From the NCBI GenBank assembly GCA_009914755.4, contig CP068257.2, positions 12,832,001 through 12,896,000 of the forward strand: a stretch of 64,000 bases of DNA. The letters are read 5' to 3'. Shown here piece after piece: positions 42,863-58,098 of the stretch (position 1 is the stretch's first letter; each line of letters begins with the position of its first letter). Position numbers and translations under genes: made by a program. The notes under the pieces were generated by a model. That model was not told the DNA's origin and did no database searches. It saw only the letters and a program-made list of their open reading frames with translations. Source of the stretch: the human T2T-CHM13v2.0 reference genome, Homo sapiens.

Positions 42863-43061
42863 TGGCCAGGGGGAGATTTATATGTATATATTACATTTAT
42901 TACTTACAATTATGTAAATGTTGATTGACTATACAATTATGTACAAGTTTACTCATAAATGTGAATATATACATAATAAATTAATAAAAGGGATCATTAC
43001 TGAAATTAAATTATTTTAAAATATTACAGATAGTTATATTTGAAAATAAGCATAGGATCTA

Positions 43062-43097
43062 AAAACCTATTGATCTAAAAACCTATTGATCTAAAAA
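43062..43097. repeat. Short tandem duplication of about 17 bp, two copies.
   Basis: atctaaaaacctattg, atctaaaaacctattg, atctaaaaag. Confidence 0.8.
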
Positions 43098-44483
43098 GAA
43101 TATATTACCTGTAAGGTTGCTGAATCAGGTTCAATGGTAAACAGTATTTTCAGTTTTCTTAGTAGACACCCCTTCTCTGTACTATTTTATTAGTTGTTGT
43201 TGTACCTGTCATTAACCACTTAGCATATGTGGCCCCTACTTTATGAGATAATATGGCAAACTTTGGAGTCAGAGAAAAGGTTGATTTCTGCCTTTGTCAT
43301 TTACTCACTCTGTAATTTAGAAGTAATTTTATTTGATGAAGCAAGCATATTTCTGCAATGGCAAAATAGATATACTAATAGTTCCTATGTTATAAATAGG
43401 TAAATTGTTATAGATAGATAAAGTTAGCATTGTGCTTATTTCATCGTGAGTGCTCAACTAAATGAACATATTATTGAAATTATTACGTAAACTTTATTTT
43501 ATGGGAAGCTTTTCTTAAGCTACGGTTAAAATGTTCATAGTGTACAAATGTGTATGTAGCACTCACCAATGGGATGTTTCAGTGTACATTGAAGTGTGAG
43601 AGTCCAATTGAGCAGCTGTATGCTCTCCTTAACAAATTTACAGTTGGGCCACTTAATCTTGTTCTAATTTAAAGCAATTACAACTTACATAACATTTTAT
43701 ATATATCTATCAAATAATGTGTATAAATACAATGTATGTGTATGTGTACATATATGTATACTCACATTGTTTTATAGTAGAAATACTCAGGAAATTTGGA
43801 ATTGTCAGTGTCAGTTTGAATTCTATCTTTTCGGGTTCATGTTTTGCTTTCCCAAACATCTGTTAGGCTTCTTAAAATAAGATTTTACTTTTAATGCCCT
43901 GCACGGTACTGGGTACTGATAGAGACAGGAAACAGCCAACGGTCCCTTGCGAAACCTCCCCTTCGAGCCTAAAACAGCTTGAAGGCTGAAAAACCAGACT
44001 GATGATCCTGGATGAAGCCCACCCTTTCCCAACTGATTCTCTCTTAATAATGCCCACCTGTGCACTGGGGGAAGGGGACGGAGCTATGGGAAGGTCGTGT
44101 GGTTTGCTGCAGGGAGGAGCCTGGCCTCTTTTGTTGTTATGTGGTACCCTGGGATTCAATCTGTAAGGTAGGAGCCTGCTAGCAGGACTCTTGCTTTGCT
44201 GAGAGTTCCTCTTTTTTTTTTTCCTTTTCACCCGATATACCCTGCCCTACTCACCCTACAATGTGTCTGTGTGCCTAAATTTTCCTGGTCGTGTGACAAG
44301 AACCCATTGCTTTCCACAACAGTACTAAATAATGGTTTGTTCATTTATCACAAAAACATATGCAAGGCTATAATTTTAAAATGTATTCATTTTTCTTATT
44401 TTACTTTGCAAAAGTGACATTGTCTTCATAATATTTCATAATGTGTTTGCATAACATTCATAAAAATGGAATAAACTACGAAC

Positions 44484-44555
44484 CTCAGTTGAATCATCTG
44501 GTTTTGATAAAGAATTATTCCGAAAACGATCGAAATTCCCAAAACTGCTGCTTCG
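44484..44555 (-). CDS. SAMSN1: Internal coding exon (presumed exon 2), 72 nt, phase 0/0. Encodes RSSSFGNFDRFRNNSLSKPDDSTE.
   Basis: Minus-strand acceptor ttttctattttatag|CGAAGC (AG at 44556-44557). Donor ACTGAG|gttcgt (GT at 44483-44482). Open in frame. The peptide agrees with what I recall of the SAMSN1 N-terminal region. The phase is compatible with the next exon. Confidence 0.8.
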
Positions 44556-44924
44556 CTATAAAATAGAAAAGAAAAAGCAAAGGAAACTTAGAATTTATTT
44601 TCACTGTCCAAACTGATAAGTATATTAGATTATAGTTTAATAAGCACCGTCTCTTGCAAATACAGGCTTTAAAAAGCTCTTCTCTCTGGAATATCCAAAG
44701 GCTGTGAAGGTATACCTATTAACATTTTTATATTTACAGTTGATCAAATGTCTTTCTACGCTTTTTGTCATAGCGTTAAGTAAGCACCTTGGAGAAAATC
44801 TTGGTTAAATTATTTTAAATTTTTTATTTTAATTTTGCTCTTTGAAGTGGCAGCTGAAGAATCCTTGAATTCCAAACTAAAGCTTCTTGAAATGAGCTAA
44901 CCACAAACTTAACAGCATGTAGTA

Positions 44925-44980
44925 CTAACCAACCAACCAACAAACAAATAACAACAACAAAACACAAACAAAAAGCAAGC
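44925..44980. repeat. A/C-rich low-complexity tract.
   Basis: The stretch ccaaccaaccaacaaacaaataacaacaacaaaacacaaacaaaaagcaag. Confidence 0.7.
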
Positions 44981-45034
44981 ATCTGAGTAGATCCACCATT
45001 ACGCCTCACAAAGATCAAGTTTGTTCACACGCTG

Positions 45035-45248
45035 GGGCCTGTGGGGTGGAGGGCAGGGAGACGGAGAGCATCAGGAAAAATAGCTAATGCATGATGGGCT
45101 TAATACCTAGGTGATGGGTTGACAGGTGCAGCAAAACACCATGGCACATGTTTACTTATGTAACAAACCTGTACATCCTGTACATGTACCCCGAAAATTA
45201 AAATAAAAATGAAAATAAAAGACCAAGTTTGTTTAAAAAAAAAAAAAG
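45035..45248 (+). mobile_element. LINE-1 extreme 3' end fragment with poly-A.
   Basis: The stretch ...aatagctaatgcatgatgggcttaatacctaggtgatgggttgacaggtgcagcaaaacaccatggcacatgtttacttatgtaacaaacctgtacatcctgtacatgtaccccgaaaattaaaat...aaaaaaaaaaaa. Confidence 0.85.
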
Positions 45249-48200
45249 AACATAAGTGCATTTTCTATTACCAACTCTTGATCATTTGAAGTTCTCTGCT
45301 GGGTATCAGAAAAAGAAGGCACACACACAGACTTACTAATAAATTGAAAGCAGCATTTAGGTATGCACAGTCCAAGGTTGGGAGTAAAATGGAATTTTTC
45401 CACATTTAACATAGAATTACAATGAGATCTCTGGGTCAGTTTCATTCACTGGTTTTGAGAAAAAGCTCAGTATGTTAATAGAAGATGTTGTCTTGAATAC
45501 CTTTTGCTTACAAAGCTACATTTTTATTATGCAACTCAATGTAGGCAGGCAATTATAAATAATTTCTGATATGCAACAAAATAAATGAATCCCTTAAACA
45601 TATTTTAAAATTCTTTTGAGTCATTGAGTCAAAAAATTGATATTTCCTCACTATCTAATTTTATGCATTGTTTGGGATGGTGGATATCTGATGTTGGGTT
45701 CTTTGTGTACTCATAAATCCCGAGACTATTTTCTTTCTAAAGGACTTTATCTTATTTCAAGTTTATCATATTTTAAAAACAAACTGGTGGTACTGACATA
45801 TAATCTGGTAATTTAGAAAATTAATAATGGGAGTCAGTAATCTATAAAACTTTGTACAACAAGGCCTCCCTTAATGCTCTCAATGGGATCTCGGAAATTG
45901 CTACCTTAAGCAAAACCAGGTGTAACAAAATCCACTTTACCATAGGCTACTTGAAATCACAAGTTCAAATAACAAGTTCCTGTGATCTACTTTTCATCAC
46001 AAAAACATCATCAAATTTCTAAATAAAGACCCAAACACTTCTAATGGTAAACACTGAAACAAATGCGATCCATACATATATTTAAGAAAAATTAATTTAA
46101 AAAATTAACATAATTATTTTCCCAGTTATTCCAGCTCAGGGTTGCTGTGAGTGGCCAGAGCCTATCCCCACAACTCAGGGCACAAGGCAGGAACCAGCCC
46201 TGGACAGGGTGCTGCTCCAACGCAGGGCACACTGAAGCACACATCCACACTCCTCATTGTGGAACAATTTGGACACGCCAATGCCAATTGACCTGGAATG
46301 CACTTCTTTGGGATGTGGGGGGAAACCCACACATAAATGAGAAGATTGTGCAAACCCTGCACAGACAGTGACCCTGGTCAGGAACTGATTTTTTTTTCTC
46401 CATCAATATTATTATAACAAAATGATGTTGGAGAAAACTGTTTTTGGAGGACCTGCTATATTGTCCTTTCAGAAATCACAGCCCATTTTAGTACAAGGCA
46501 ACTTCAAGGGCTCCTAGTCCCTAGAAGCTCTTATGTCTCCCTACCAGCTATCTTTAAAGATTTTTGTTTCCCTTTTAAAAGAACTGAAATAAAAAGATCC
46601 TGACCTCTGGCAAGGGGTTAGCTTGATAGACAGTGTGATACAGAATATTGCCCCAAGGATGATAGCTGTGTTAGACACAATTAACGCCTTTTGCTGACTT
46701 GCCACCCCGGCTGGACGAGCCCTTCAGCCTGTGGTGAGAGGAGCAGAAACGAAAGCTGAAACTGAGAACCACACTGGAAAATACAAACTCTTCTTATGTA
46801 GTACTTACTAGCCTACAGTGGCTTCCCAGAATATGAATCACTCCAACTTGCCTAGGAGGTGTTTCCATCTGGCTGTCATTGCTCAGCAATCACAGAAGGG
46901 AATTGAGCGTATTGTTGTCCTGCTTATAAACAATCTGAACACACAGAAATCTATTACTCTTTTATATACTTGAAACCATTCTATGGCTGATTGGAGCCCA
47001 TGCCCAAGGCAATTTTGTAGCCTATATATAGCCTGTTAAATATTAATGAGAGTAAGGGTGCGATTTCCACAATGGGATAATGGGTCCTGTTGCACAGGAG
47101 GGCACAGAATAGACTCGTTTCAGCATTTTGCTACACTATCTTCTTCCATTAAGTAATCAATAGCCACCACCTTTTAAAATTAATTCTCCCCTCATTATAT
47201 CAATAAAGAAAAGCAGATTTAGGAGTCGTGGTTTAAGAAGGACACTGGACTATTACTTTGGGTTTTGTCAGTCATCTCATCACTAATTACTCAATAGCTT
47301 TATGCCATAGGAGTATATCAATCCATGTTAAGACACCCTTAAGAAGAAAATCTAAATATTTAAAAGAACATTTATATTTGTTCATTATTCTCTAGTTTAA
47401 AAGTTAGTAACTAACTTTCTCAGATGGTTTTATGATGTATAGATTATGGCTTATGACAAAAAAGGACTAATGTCTACTATGAGGTCTGGACAATGAACAC
47501 ATTTATGACTTCTGTTCTTGTAAAGTTTTATGATAACAAGGTGAATTATATGGAAACAAAGCTTGCTTCCTAAATAATAGTACTTAATAAATGAGAATGT
47601 GTTTGAATATTGATAATGTTGTTTATATAATTGTAATGTATTAGACTTAGTAAATATTATCTTATGACAGAAGTTCTTATCAAGACAGAGTTATTATATA
47701 AATAAGCAGTGTCAAAAAGAAGATGAGCTTAAATAAAAATGCTATATATATTTTAGATAATTCTTTGTGTCTGTTGACTTTAGATCATATTTAGTCTTTA
47801 TACTCTACACGAATGTTTCCAGTCTTTCCTTATGCAATTAGAAATGCATTTGTAAAATGGCACAATACCTATAAAGGGAAATTTGGCAATATCTAGCAAA
47901 ATTACATATACATTTGCCCTTTGTCCCAAGAATTCCATTTCTAGATGTCTTTATCAGCAATACATTTGTATATGAATTGTTTACATTTCCATATTCACTG
48001 TAGCACTTTTATATTATCAAAAAGCTGTAAAGCCTAATGTTCATCAAGAGGATACTGATTGAATAATATATGGTACATCCACACAATGCAAATGTATGAA
48101 GCTGTAAAAAATTAAATACATCTTTTTATATGCAACAGAATAACCTCTAGCATACAGTGTAAGGAGAAAAAGTAAAATGGAGAAAAGTGCAATATATTGA

Positions 48201-49196
48201 AATACATCTAATGTCAAAATTCATGAGTTCATAAGGATACTAAAAAGAAAAATGCATCAGTTACATTGGGAAATGTTATAATTATATTCTGAAAACTAAC
48301 AAATAAAGGGACAACTTAGACATTTAATCTGCCTTTCCTGTATGAAACCTATTTCATCAACTAAATAGTTCATCAACTAAATAGTTGATGAGGGGAAATT
48401 GTTCTGTATATGTTCATACTTCAGCTAATCAATTAAAAATGATGAAATAATAAGATTACCATTTTGCAAACCCCTAATGCAATGTTGGATCCAGGCAATG
48501 ATCATCAATGGCCACTAAAATCACACAAAAGGAGATAACCAGAATATGTGCTTTGTGATGGAAGCATTAAATACAACTAATGAGATATTGTTTATAAGAA
48601 AGAAAGGAAGCAAGAAAGCAATCACACCAAGCTCTGTATCTAGCTACCACATTTAAGGAAAAAAAGAGACAGAAGAGCATGTTAAATGTTACCAAGAAGA
48701 TACAGTCAGTCGGAAAAAATACAGACAAGAAAATACAGAGCAAAACAACCCAGCTTCTTCAGCAAATCAATATAAAAAAATTTTAAGAAAGAGTTAAAGT
48801 ATAAACTGAGAGACTTCAGAAACATATTATCCAAGTATAATCCATGAATCTTGTTTAAATATAGATCAAATAAACCACTATACCAAAAACATCAAAAGAC
48901 AACTGGGTAAATTTTTTAAATGACTAGCTATTTGATGTTAAAGAAGTAATGTTACTCTCTTATATACAATTTGAAATAATCTAGCGAGGAGCAGCAAATG
49001 TGCGGCTATGAGGAAGAAACACAATTGGCCATTCTTGAATCATTAGCTGGATGGTGGCTATATGGGGGTAGATTTTACTACTCTCTAATTTTACATATAT
49101 TTAAAATGTTCCATAATAAATTGTTGAGTTATCAAAAGAAATATTTCTATATAATAGCTAAAATTATTTATAAAAGTTAGTGGTCTCATAACTTTA

Positions 49197-49501
49197 TTTA
49201 TTTATTTACTTATTTTGAGACCGAGTCTCCCTCTGTTATGCAGGCTGGAGTGCAGTGGCTCCATCTCGGCTCACTGCAAACTTCACCTCCTGGATTAAAG
49301 CGATTCTCCTGCCTCAGCCCCCCCGAGTAGCTGGGATTACAGGCTTGCACCCCCACGCCCAGCTAATTTTTTTGTATTTTTAGTAGAGACAGGGTTTGAC
49401 CGTGTTAGCCAGGCTGATGTTGAACTCCTGACCTCAGGCAATTCGCCCGCCTTGGCCTCCCAAAGTGCTGGGATTACAGGTGTGAGCTGCCATGCCCAGC
49501 C
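49197..49501 (-). mobile_element. Full-length Alu in reverse orientation with a (TTTA)n-type tail.
   Basis: ...gagaccgagtctccctctgttatgcaggctggagtgcagtggctccatctcggctcactgcaa...ggattacaggtgtgagctgccatgcccagcc. The target-site duplication tcataacttta lies at 49186-49196 and 49506-49516. Confidence 0.9.
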
Positions 49502-52254
49502 AGTTTCATAACTTTAATAAGGAATCAATTTGTTTAAAAACAATCATAATATGGTTTAGGTCATGGTTGTTTGGAAGTACAGAAAGGGAACAAAATAAAC
49601 TTGCGTTTCCTAAATTCATTTTAATACAACTAACTTTTCTGATATAAATATGTGCCCTTGGATTGCTGTTTTCAAGACTATCTGCAATCACATCGTGCAG
49701 TTAACCTTCTTCCACACAGTCCACTTGGCTTACCCAAAAATAGTACAGAACCAGGGTCAGCTGGGGTGTTTGAACACATTTGTGTATGTGTGTTTCTATG
49801 CAACCTAATGAGTAATATAAAAGAACTTAAGGAGATTCTTTTTTTATTAGTACCTCTCCAGTTTTGCAAAACAATCTTAATTATTACAGAATACTGTTTC
49901 ATGATATAAAGCTGGCAGTGTTCTTAGTTATCATCTAGCTCTTCTCAATAAGGAAACTGTTGAAACCAGAACTTGCAAAAAATTTCTTTTTAAAAAATTC
50001 TCCACTCTGATATACTCTCCCCTATGCCATTCCATTACAGAATCTAGATCCTGTCTTCTTCCCAAGAGGCTTGCTTTCTGAGCAGAATAAAAATTACGGC
50101 AAAGTTAGTTTGATAGAAAGAATGAAACTAACTCGGTTTCCTAGAATACTGACCAGCCTGCATTTATGAACATGAATGAAAATTACAGGGTCTCTATGTA
50201 GAAATCTGAATCAAACTTCTGATCAAAACCAGAAGAACTTGACCCTCATTTTCTTTCTTAGCCAGCCACTAACTTTGGGAGTCTTCAGATGAAATCTCAT
50301 CTCCAGCATGACTTAATATTTGGGTAAGGTGCTGGTGGAAAAGTTTCACAGTCTATTTCAAAGAAAAGATTTGCATTTGTGAGGCACACATCTGCAGTAC
50401 TTTGAAATATACTGGCAAATTAAAAATTACACACACTCTCCCAACAAGTTCTCAGCTCTTTTAAATATTGCACAAAGAACGTTGGTTAGTAATGTACTCA
50501 AAGATCAGAATTCTGTTTCAGCACATCCTTATATGAATATTCTACTATAATAAAAGCTGAATCTCAATAAGCTTGTCAGCCTTTATCCAAAGACACTCGA
50601 GGATTTAATTGTTCTAACTAACTCGGGTACTCAGATCTTTTGAAGAGGTGAAACAAATTTAACTCTCTTAAAATAATCAGTTAGAATTGCCTCAGTGTCA
50701 CGTGGTACCAGTGGAATACACTTCTGTGGGGTATCAGGAAACTGACGGCTAAAAGACAACTAGAGCTGTAAAGCCTTGTCTTCGACACTCACGTTTTATC
50801 CAGGGATAAAGGCAACCCAAAGCTCAAACATATACCAATGCTTTAAATATTTTCAACGTACATCTGGACTCTAAGAACAAAAGCTGGTCTATTCTATCTC
50901 TCTGGTTCAGTAACTTTTCTATCAACTGCAAAATAGCTTCAAGAAGTGCAGATTCTGATTCCACCACGGTTTTACAATGTTTTGTCAAAATTTCCATGCT
51001 AAAGATTTGCTTTCAGAAGTTGCTGTGACACTAGAAATGCTTTCTGCAAATTGAAACCATCTCCAAGATTACCTGAAGGAAAGAAACTAGAACTAAAAAA
51101 AAAAAAAAAAAAATGCAGAATGATCCATAACCTCTAAAAGTGGTTATTCATACCAGCTTATTTTATGCAACAAGTCTGATGAGTAAAAAAGACCCAAATG
51201 TACAACCATATCTCATTCTTATTATTTACACTGTATCCATAGACTGTAAGTCATGCTACACTTCTGGGAAATGAATAGAAATTATGATATTCTATTTTAC
51301 TTGAAAGGAGTTCTTAAATAATATTTTGATATGTTTTAAATATTAAAATTAAATAATACTGTTACATGTTTTAAATATTGCTTTTTCAGGTAGAAAGCAT
51401 AAGATGGCCGAAGAATTGGTATAATCAATTCTTTAAAAAACTATTAAAAAGGAAATGAAAAGCTTTAGAAAATGTGCCCATGATGACACTATCGTGAACT
51501 GCTCAATTTGTTTTCCCTATTGTGAAACTTCTGCTTGGCCTACTCACTCCTATAAAATTATGTTATTGTGCACTTTCTATTCCTTCTTTCTCTTCTTCTC
51601 TAACTAATAAGCCCATAAATAAGTACCACTAAAATAAATACTAAAATAAATAAATGGTACTTCTTGGTCCTCCTGGAATTCTTTCATTATGCCAACACTT
51701 CCTTAAAATTCTCAAGAATTTCCCCAGGGAACCCAGTTTTATGCCTGCCCCAGCCCATAAGGCACCCTCTGCCTGCCTCTGGGCTGCAAGGCAGATGTAC
51801 TAAAAAAAGGCTCTGTGCTTATGTCCTGCTCCCCTGAGGATCTGTTTTGGCCCAACCTCTGAAACTTTACCAGCCCCATTGGAAAATGGTATTTGCTCAT
51901 TGCTGTCTTTGGAGAGTTTGGACACTTAATGTAAAATGTAACACACCACAAATGCACATTCTCCCAGCCTGTACATATGTCCAATTATTTCTCCAAACTT
52001 TATTGAAGGTATTTTTTTCATTACTTTTACTCAAGTGTGTGCTAATTCCTGAACCAATGCAACAACTTTCAGATTATTTGTCCCCAAATTCTTGCCCCTC
52101 TAATCATCTAAAGTACCATGTCTCATCATCTCATTCTTCTTTCCAAAATGTAAAGCTTGCTCCACATTGCCATGACCGTTACCGAGAGCTTTCCATCTGC
52201 CAAACTCCATGCCATGCTATTTATCCGTAATTATTTCATTAGATAAACACAATC

Positions 52255-52340
52255 CCCCTCTGAGTTAGGCATTAACTTCTCCAATTCACAGATGATGAGA
52301 ACTGAGGCTCAGAGTGTTTAAATAGTTTTTCCTCAGTCAA
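52255..52340 (-). mobile_element. MIR fragment in reverse orientation.
   Basis: cacagatgatgagaactgaggctcagagtgtttaaatag compared with the MIR reverse complement ttacagatgaggaaactgaggctcagagaggttaagtaac. Confidence 0.4.
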
Positions 52341-53364
52341 CAAAATAAAGCTCATACTCAGCATTCAGTGCATGTGTGATTCTGTATGGTAATGGGTAAT
52401 GCTAGTCAATCTGATTTAGCAGAATTTCTAACACTTCTTGCTGGCCACTGTGGACGAACTCATTTATATCTCTAAGCTTTTGCTCCTACTGTTTTTTATT
52501 CAAGGAATATTGGTCTTCTTTTATTCCACCTACTCAAACCCAGCCCATTCTTCGAGGGCAGGATTAAGTCTCACCTCCCTTAGGAAACCCTTTTCCGATG
52601 CCATTTAGTGAACGTTTTAGTGCATATTGATTGCTGTTATTACATGCTGTATCTCCAATGGATAAAAATCCTACAGTCGTGAGACTTGGGCAAAACCATG
52701 GCAAATGACAGATCCCACATTACTCTTCAAGTTAAATGTCAAAAATCTTACATCTCACAGTTACACAAAAATAAATTAGAACTTAATCATGTTGCAACTA
52801 ATGACAATAATTTGTTGATGTTTAAAGACCATAAGGGTTTGCATCATGTAATTTAACATAAATACACTAAGTGGCTTCTATGGCTCAACTTAGTACTCAG
52901 AGTAAGGGCTGTCGGTATGAATAAATAAGAATCAACCGTGAGAGAAATGTATACTATATTAGTACCATGGACCAAATCATTCCAAACCATAAGAGCTAAA
53001 TAGAATCCTGTTCAAATGAAAGATACACAAATATAGAATCAATTCCTATAAGCAGGTTATATTCATATACAAAATAAAAGAAGTTAAAATGTATAGTAGA
53101 TGTCAACTTGGAAATCTGCATTCATTCATTTACAAATACTCATTTGTATTGACTACTTAGTACCTGAAAGGCATTTTATGTGTCTATGCCTATACCTACT
53201 TAATTTATAGTTTGTCTACAGAATGATACACTAAAATAATCACAGATTTTGGGAGTAAAATTAGCTGGAATCAATATAATTTGAATTCACTTAACCATTT
53301 TCAAAAATTAGTAGATTTGTATAATTGTTAAACAAGAGGCTCTTTAGAAATAATCACCAAATCT

Positions 53365-53678
<314 letters not shown>

Positions 53679-56242
53679 TCAGAAATAATCACCAAATCTG
53701 AAGATTGTGATTGCTAAAGTTATGATAAGTAAGAAAGGTAGTGGAACATATGCTATGTATAAGATGGATCACTGGATGATAAAAAATGTGTCTAGTATCT
53801 AATATAATTCTCTCCCAAACTTTCATAGGAGAGAAATAAATACTGTCTCTAGTAAACATAATCATTTAGGTCACTATAAAAATATTTTTTATTTGTTATA
53901 GGGATATTTCACTGGGATTTTTCATTGTCTGGATGAACTATCTCTTGAAACTAAAACTGACAAAAAGTTTTCAACTCATGCACCAGCATGGATAGTTGGT
54001 CGATGTTTCATGAAGAGCTGTGTTGAGAAGCGTTCTAAAGCCATTTTCAGAGTTAAAAAGTCATGATTAACTGTGTCCACAGTGGTTACAGAAGATAGTG
54101 GGTGTTTAGGGGAAGAAGAGAGGAACTGCATTTGCCACCTCTACTCAAATTATTTCCCTGAGCAAATTTTGCATTACTAATTTTGTTATCTAGGTACCTT
54201 GATACAGGGAGGGCAATTCAAAAGATGGATGACTGAAATTTTCAATTTACAAAAAATATACATTATTCTTCCATAAGTTTGGAAATTAACTGTCTTTTCT
54301 ATGCATATTTTATTTTTCTATTTATTATAGAATATTAAATAATATTTTAACTAGTCACATCATTTTCAACTATTTTAATTCTATAACTAAACAAAAACAA
54401 ATAATTCTACAAATAAATAATTCTGCCTAAATAATACTGCTGTATAGGATATGGCAAATAGACAAAAGGTAATATTGAAGATGATGGTTTAAAAAAGCAA
54501 CTATTAGTTAAGAGAAGAATAACTTCGAATATTGATCTCAATAGACCTTACTACATTAACCATAAACTTAAATACCAAATTTATTCTGGTTTTTGTAATA
54601 AGTGACTGATTTTTCTATTTGTTGTACTGTTAATAAGATTTATCATATGTATTTTGTATAGTGTCATTAATCTAAAAGACAAACTATTAAAAGTATAAAA
54701 GAGAAATTATGTCTATTCAATTTTATCATCAAAGGAGTTAAAAAAGAAAACCCAAGAGTAACATTATTAGCTAAGTTAAATTGAGCAATTTCTTTCAGGA
54801 TCTTAGATGTAAGCTTTTTTTTTTCTTTTCAATAATCAGAGAGAGGAAATCTCAAAAATTTTTTATTATCTAACATGATGGAAGAATGTGCAGTACTTTT
54901 AAGCCCCAAAACTTTTAAACATACGTGATAATTGAGTATGCTAACAAAACTTTAGTTTCCTGAAATATTTCCTAACAGTTTACCCATCTCATCTTTACAC
55001 TAGTAAATTCCAGTCACTCCAGATTTTAAAATAAAATAAAATTATCACCAAGAGGCAAACATTTATAGTACTCATTACTTTGAAATTATGGTTAAATAAA
55101 GATGTAAAAATTAAGTTGGGAAAACAAAATCCTTTTAACCAAATTTCCTATCAAATTATCTGGAACAAAAACTCCCTTTTACTTCCATTAGTCTTAAAAG
55201 TCCTCTGCATTCACTTGGCCTCTGGGTACACAGTAACCTTTCTAAAGGTCTGCCCAAGGGATATTTTAGTCATTCTGTGATCTCCTTGAACACAAGTAAT
55301 GACAAACAATAAGCTAATTCTCAAAAAGTTTTTTTTTGAGTCATTTTTACTACTTTTAAATGAGTGTGTCTGATGCATGATTTTGGGCCCCCTGATTAAT
55401 GGTCACCGCCAGCCCAGCTTCTGGAGTTGTAATGTTTCCGTGAGCTTCCCTCCAGCAGAGCTCGACCATTAATCCAGTGGCATATGTCAGCTCAGCAGAG
55501 CAAGGTCACTCTTCTGTTTCAAGGGGAACCTTTTTAGAAATAATAAAACTGACAGAAAGTTCTTTTTTGCATGCTTTATGCCACCTGAGGTTGAGTGCTG
55601 CAGTTAATATCATAAAGCTTATAAACATTCCCATCCCAGGAAGCACCCACTGCTGCTGGTCTTAGGAATTTAAACACTTTTTTTCTTAGTAAGAACAGAC
55701 ATGTTTATGTGGGGGCAAATATATGGTATGTCATCCCAAATAGAGGAAGAATGGGTGGGAAAATAAAACAGTAAGTTCATGTTAGGAAGTTTGGAAGAGA
55801 TGTTAGTGTCCTATAACTATTTTTATTGTCAATTACATTTATTTACCTTTTAGAAAACTGGGATTTGGTTAGATGAATACTTCAATCTCCTGAGGGGGTT
55901 AATAGCAGAGTTGAAATATAAGAGTAGTGGTAAAAAGAAACTCAGTTTATAATCACTCCTTGACCTATAATGTAATGTTCAATAATTGTAGAACATTTAT
56001 CTTTGAAGGAACTGTATTTTTAAAGTTATAAACATTTGTTTTATTGGTAATGACTTTTTCATAATTGATAATTAAATACAGTGAGATAGTCATAATCTTA
56101 AAGTAATTTGAAATTTTTAGATGTCCTAACATACAAATCAAACAAAAGATAAAAGATGATTGCTATGTAATAACTTACAATATAAAGAAACTATAATCAT
56201 AAGTATTACAAAATGTACATATTTAATATTTTATTACTTTTA

Positions 56243-56570
<328 letters not shown>

Positions 56571-57786
56571 TAAAAATAGCAGTAGCATAACTGTAACCAC
56601 GTAAAGTATTCAGGGGAAAAAAAACCCCAGAAAATTCCAATTTGCTCTTTTTAACCAAATACTGAGACGAATGCCATATCACTATGTAGATTTTGATACA
56701 AGGTAAATTTGACTTGACTCTTACTCCAGGAGTTTAAGCTGTTAAAACTATAAAAAATATAATAAAGAAACTTAGTTATTTAATTGTATTCATTTTCCTT
56801 TTGTAGAGAAAATGTACCTGGAAGTGAAGCCAGTTAGCAACTTAGCTCAATCCTTTTAGGAAGACAATACATTGGTCAAGTATCACGTCTCTATGTCCAG
56901 GGTCACGCCCTCACCTCAACAAGTATGGGAACTTTATTTTTAAGCTTGCAGAAATATACAACTTCAAGGTGACTAATTCATAAACCAAACTGATAAGATA
57001 TCAAAAATGGCAATACTAACCAAGCGAGCATTGATTTGCTGTGGGAAATTCATCTGCCAAGAAAAATGCATATTCATGTTGACTGATCAAAAAATTGTTT
57101 CCCCTGAAAGAAACCCTACACAGGACACCAGATCATTGCTGGAAGTTTGCTTGATTCATGTGGTGGTCAAAGTAAAGTCAATTAAGTGGTATTAAGACTA
57201 GAGACATGAAGTTCTTCTCCTAGCCTTAGGTACACATCTCACCTAAGAGAAGTCTGTCCAGCCAAAAGGGATTTTTGCTTCAGCTGTTTTGCATGATTTG
57301 CAGACACAGTGGCAAATTTCTACTCTCCCACCTATTTCTAGGCTGTCTGCAAAGCAACACCCTTTTGCTAATACTTTTTGTCTTTAAGGCAGATTACATT
57401 ACAATGTGTGATTATTTTGATTCTAGGAATGGTTACTTTGTTTTGTTGTGGGTGTTACCCAGATCTTTATCAGTGACGCATTTACAAACTATCTTCTGGA
57501 GTAGACTACTTCTGCAGATGACTAATATTATCCATTAGTCATTTCACACTCATTATACATATATTGAGAAATCACTACTATGTTCTATACTATCAATGTT
57601 TTCAGTGGTAGCCAAAGTGTTATAAAAAGCACACGGAATCTGAAAGTCAGGTAGACCGAGTTCAATCCCTCTTGAATCCTCAACAAAAATCCCAGGGATG
57701 CAAATATGAGTCAGCTACATCCCCTGATCCTCTGTTCTTGATGGTGAATCTAGTTGGGAGCACATACTGAAAAACTGTGAGTTTAA

Positions 57787-57809
57787 ACAACAACAACAAC
57801 AACAACAAA
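57787..57809. repeat. (CAA)n trinucleotide repeat, about 7 units.
   Basis: The stretch caacaacaacaacaacaacaaac. Confidence 0.9.
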
Positions 57810-57857
57810 CAGAGAAATGTGGAACAAGCACAACGAAAATAGAAAGGAGGGAGAGAC

Positions 57858-58098
<241 letters not shown>

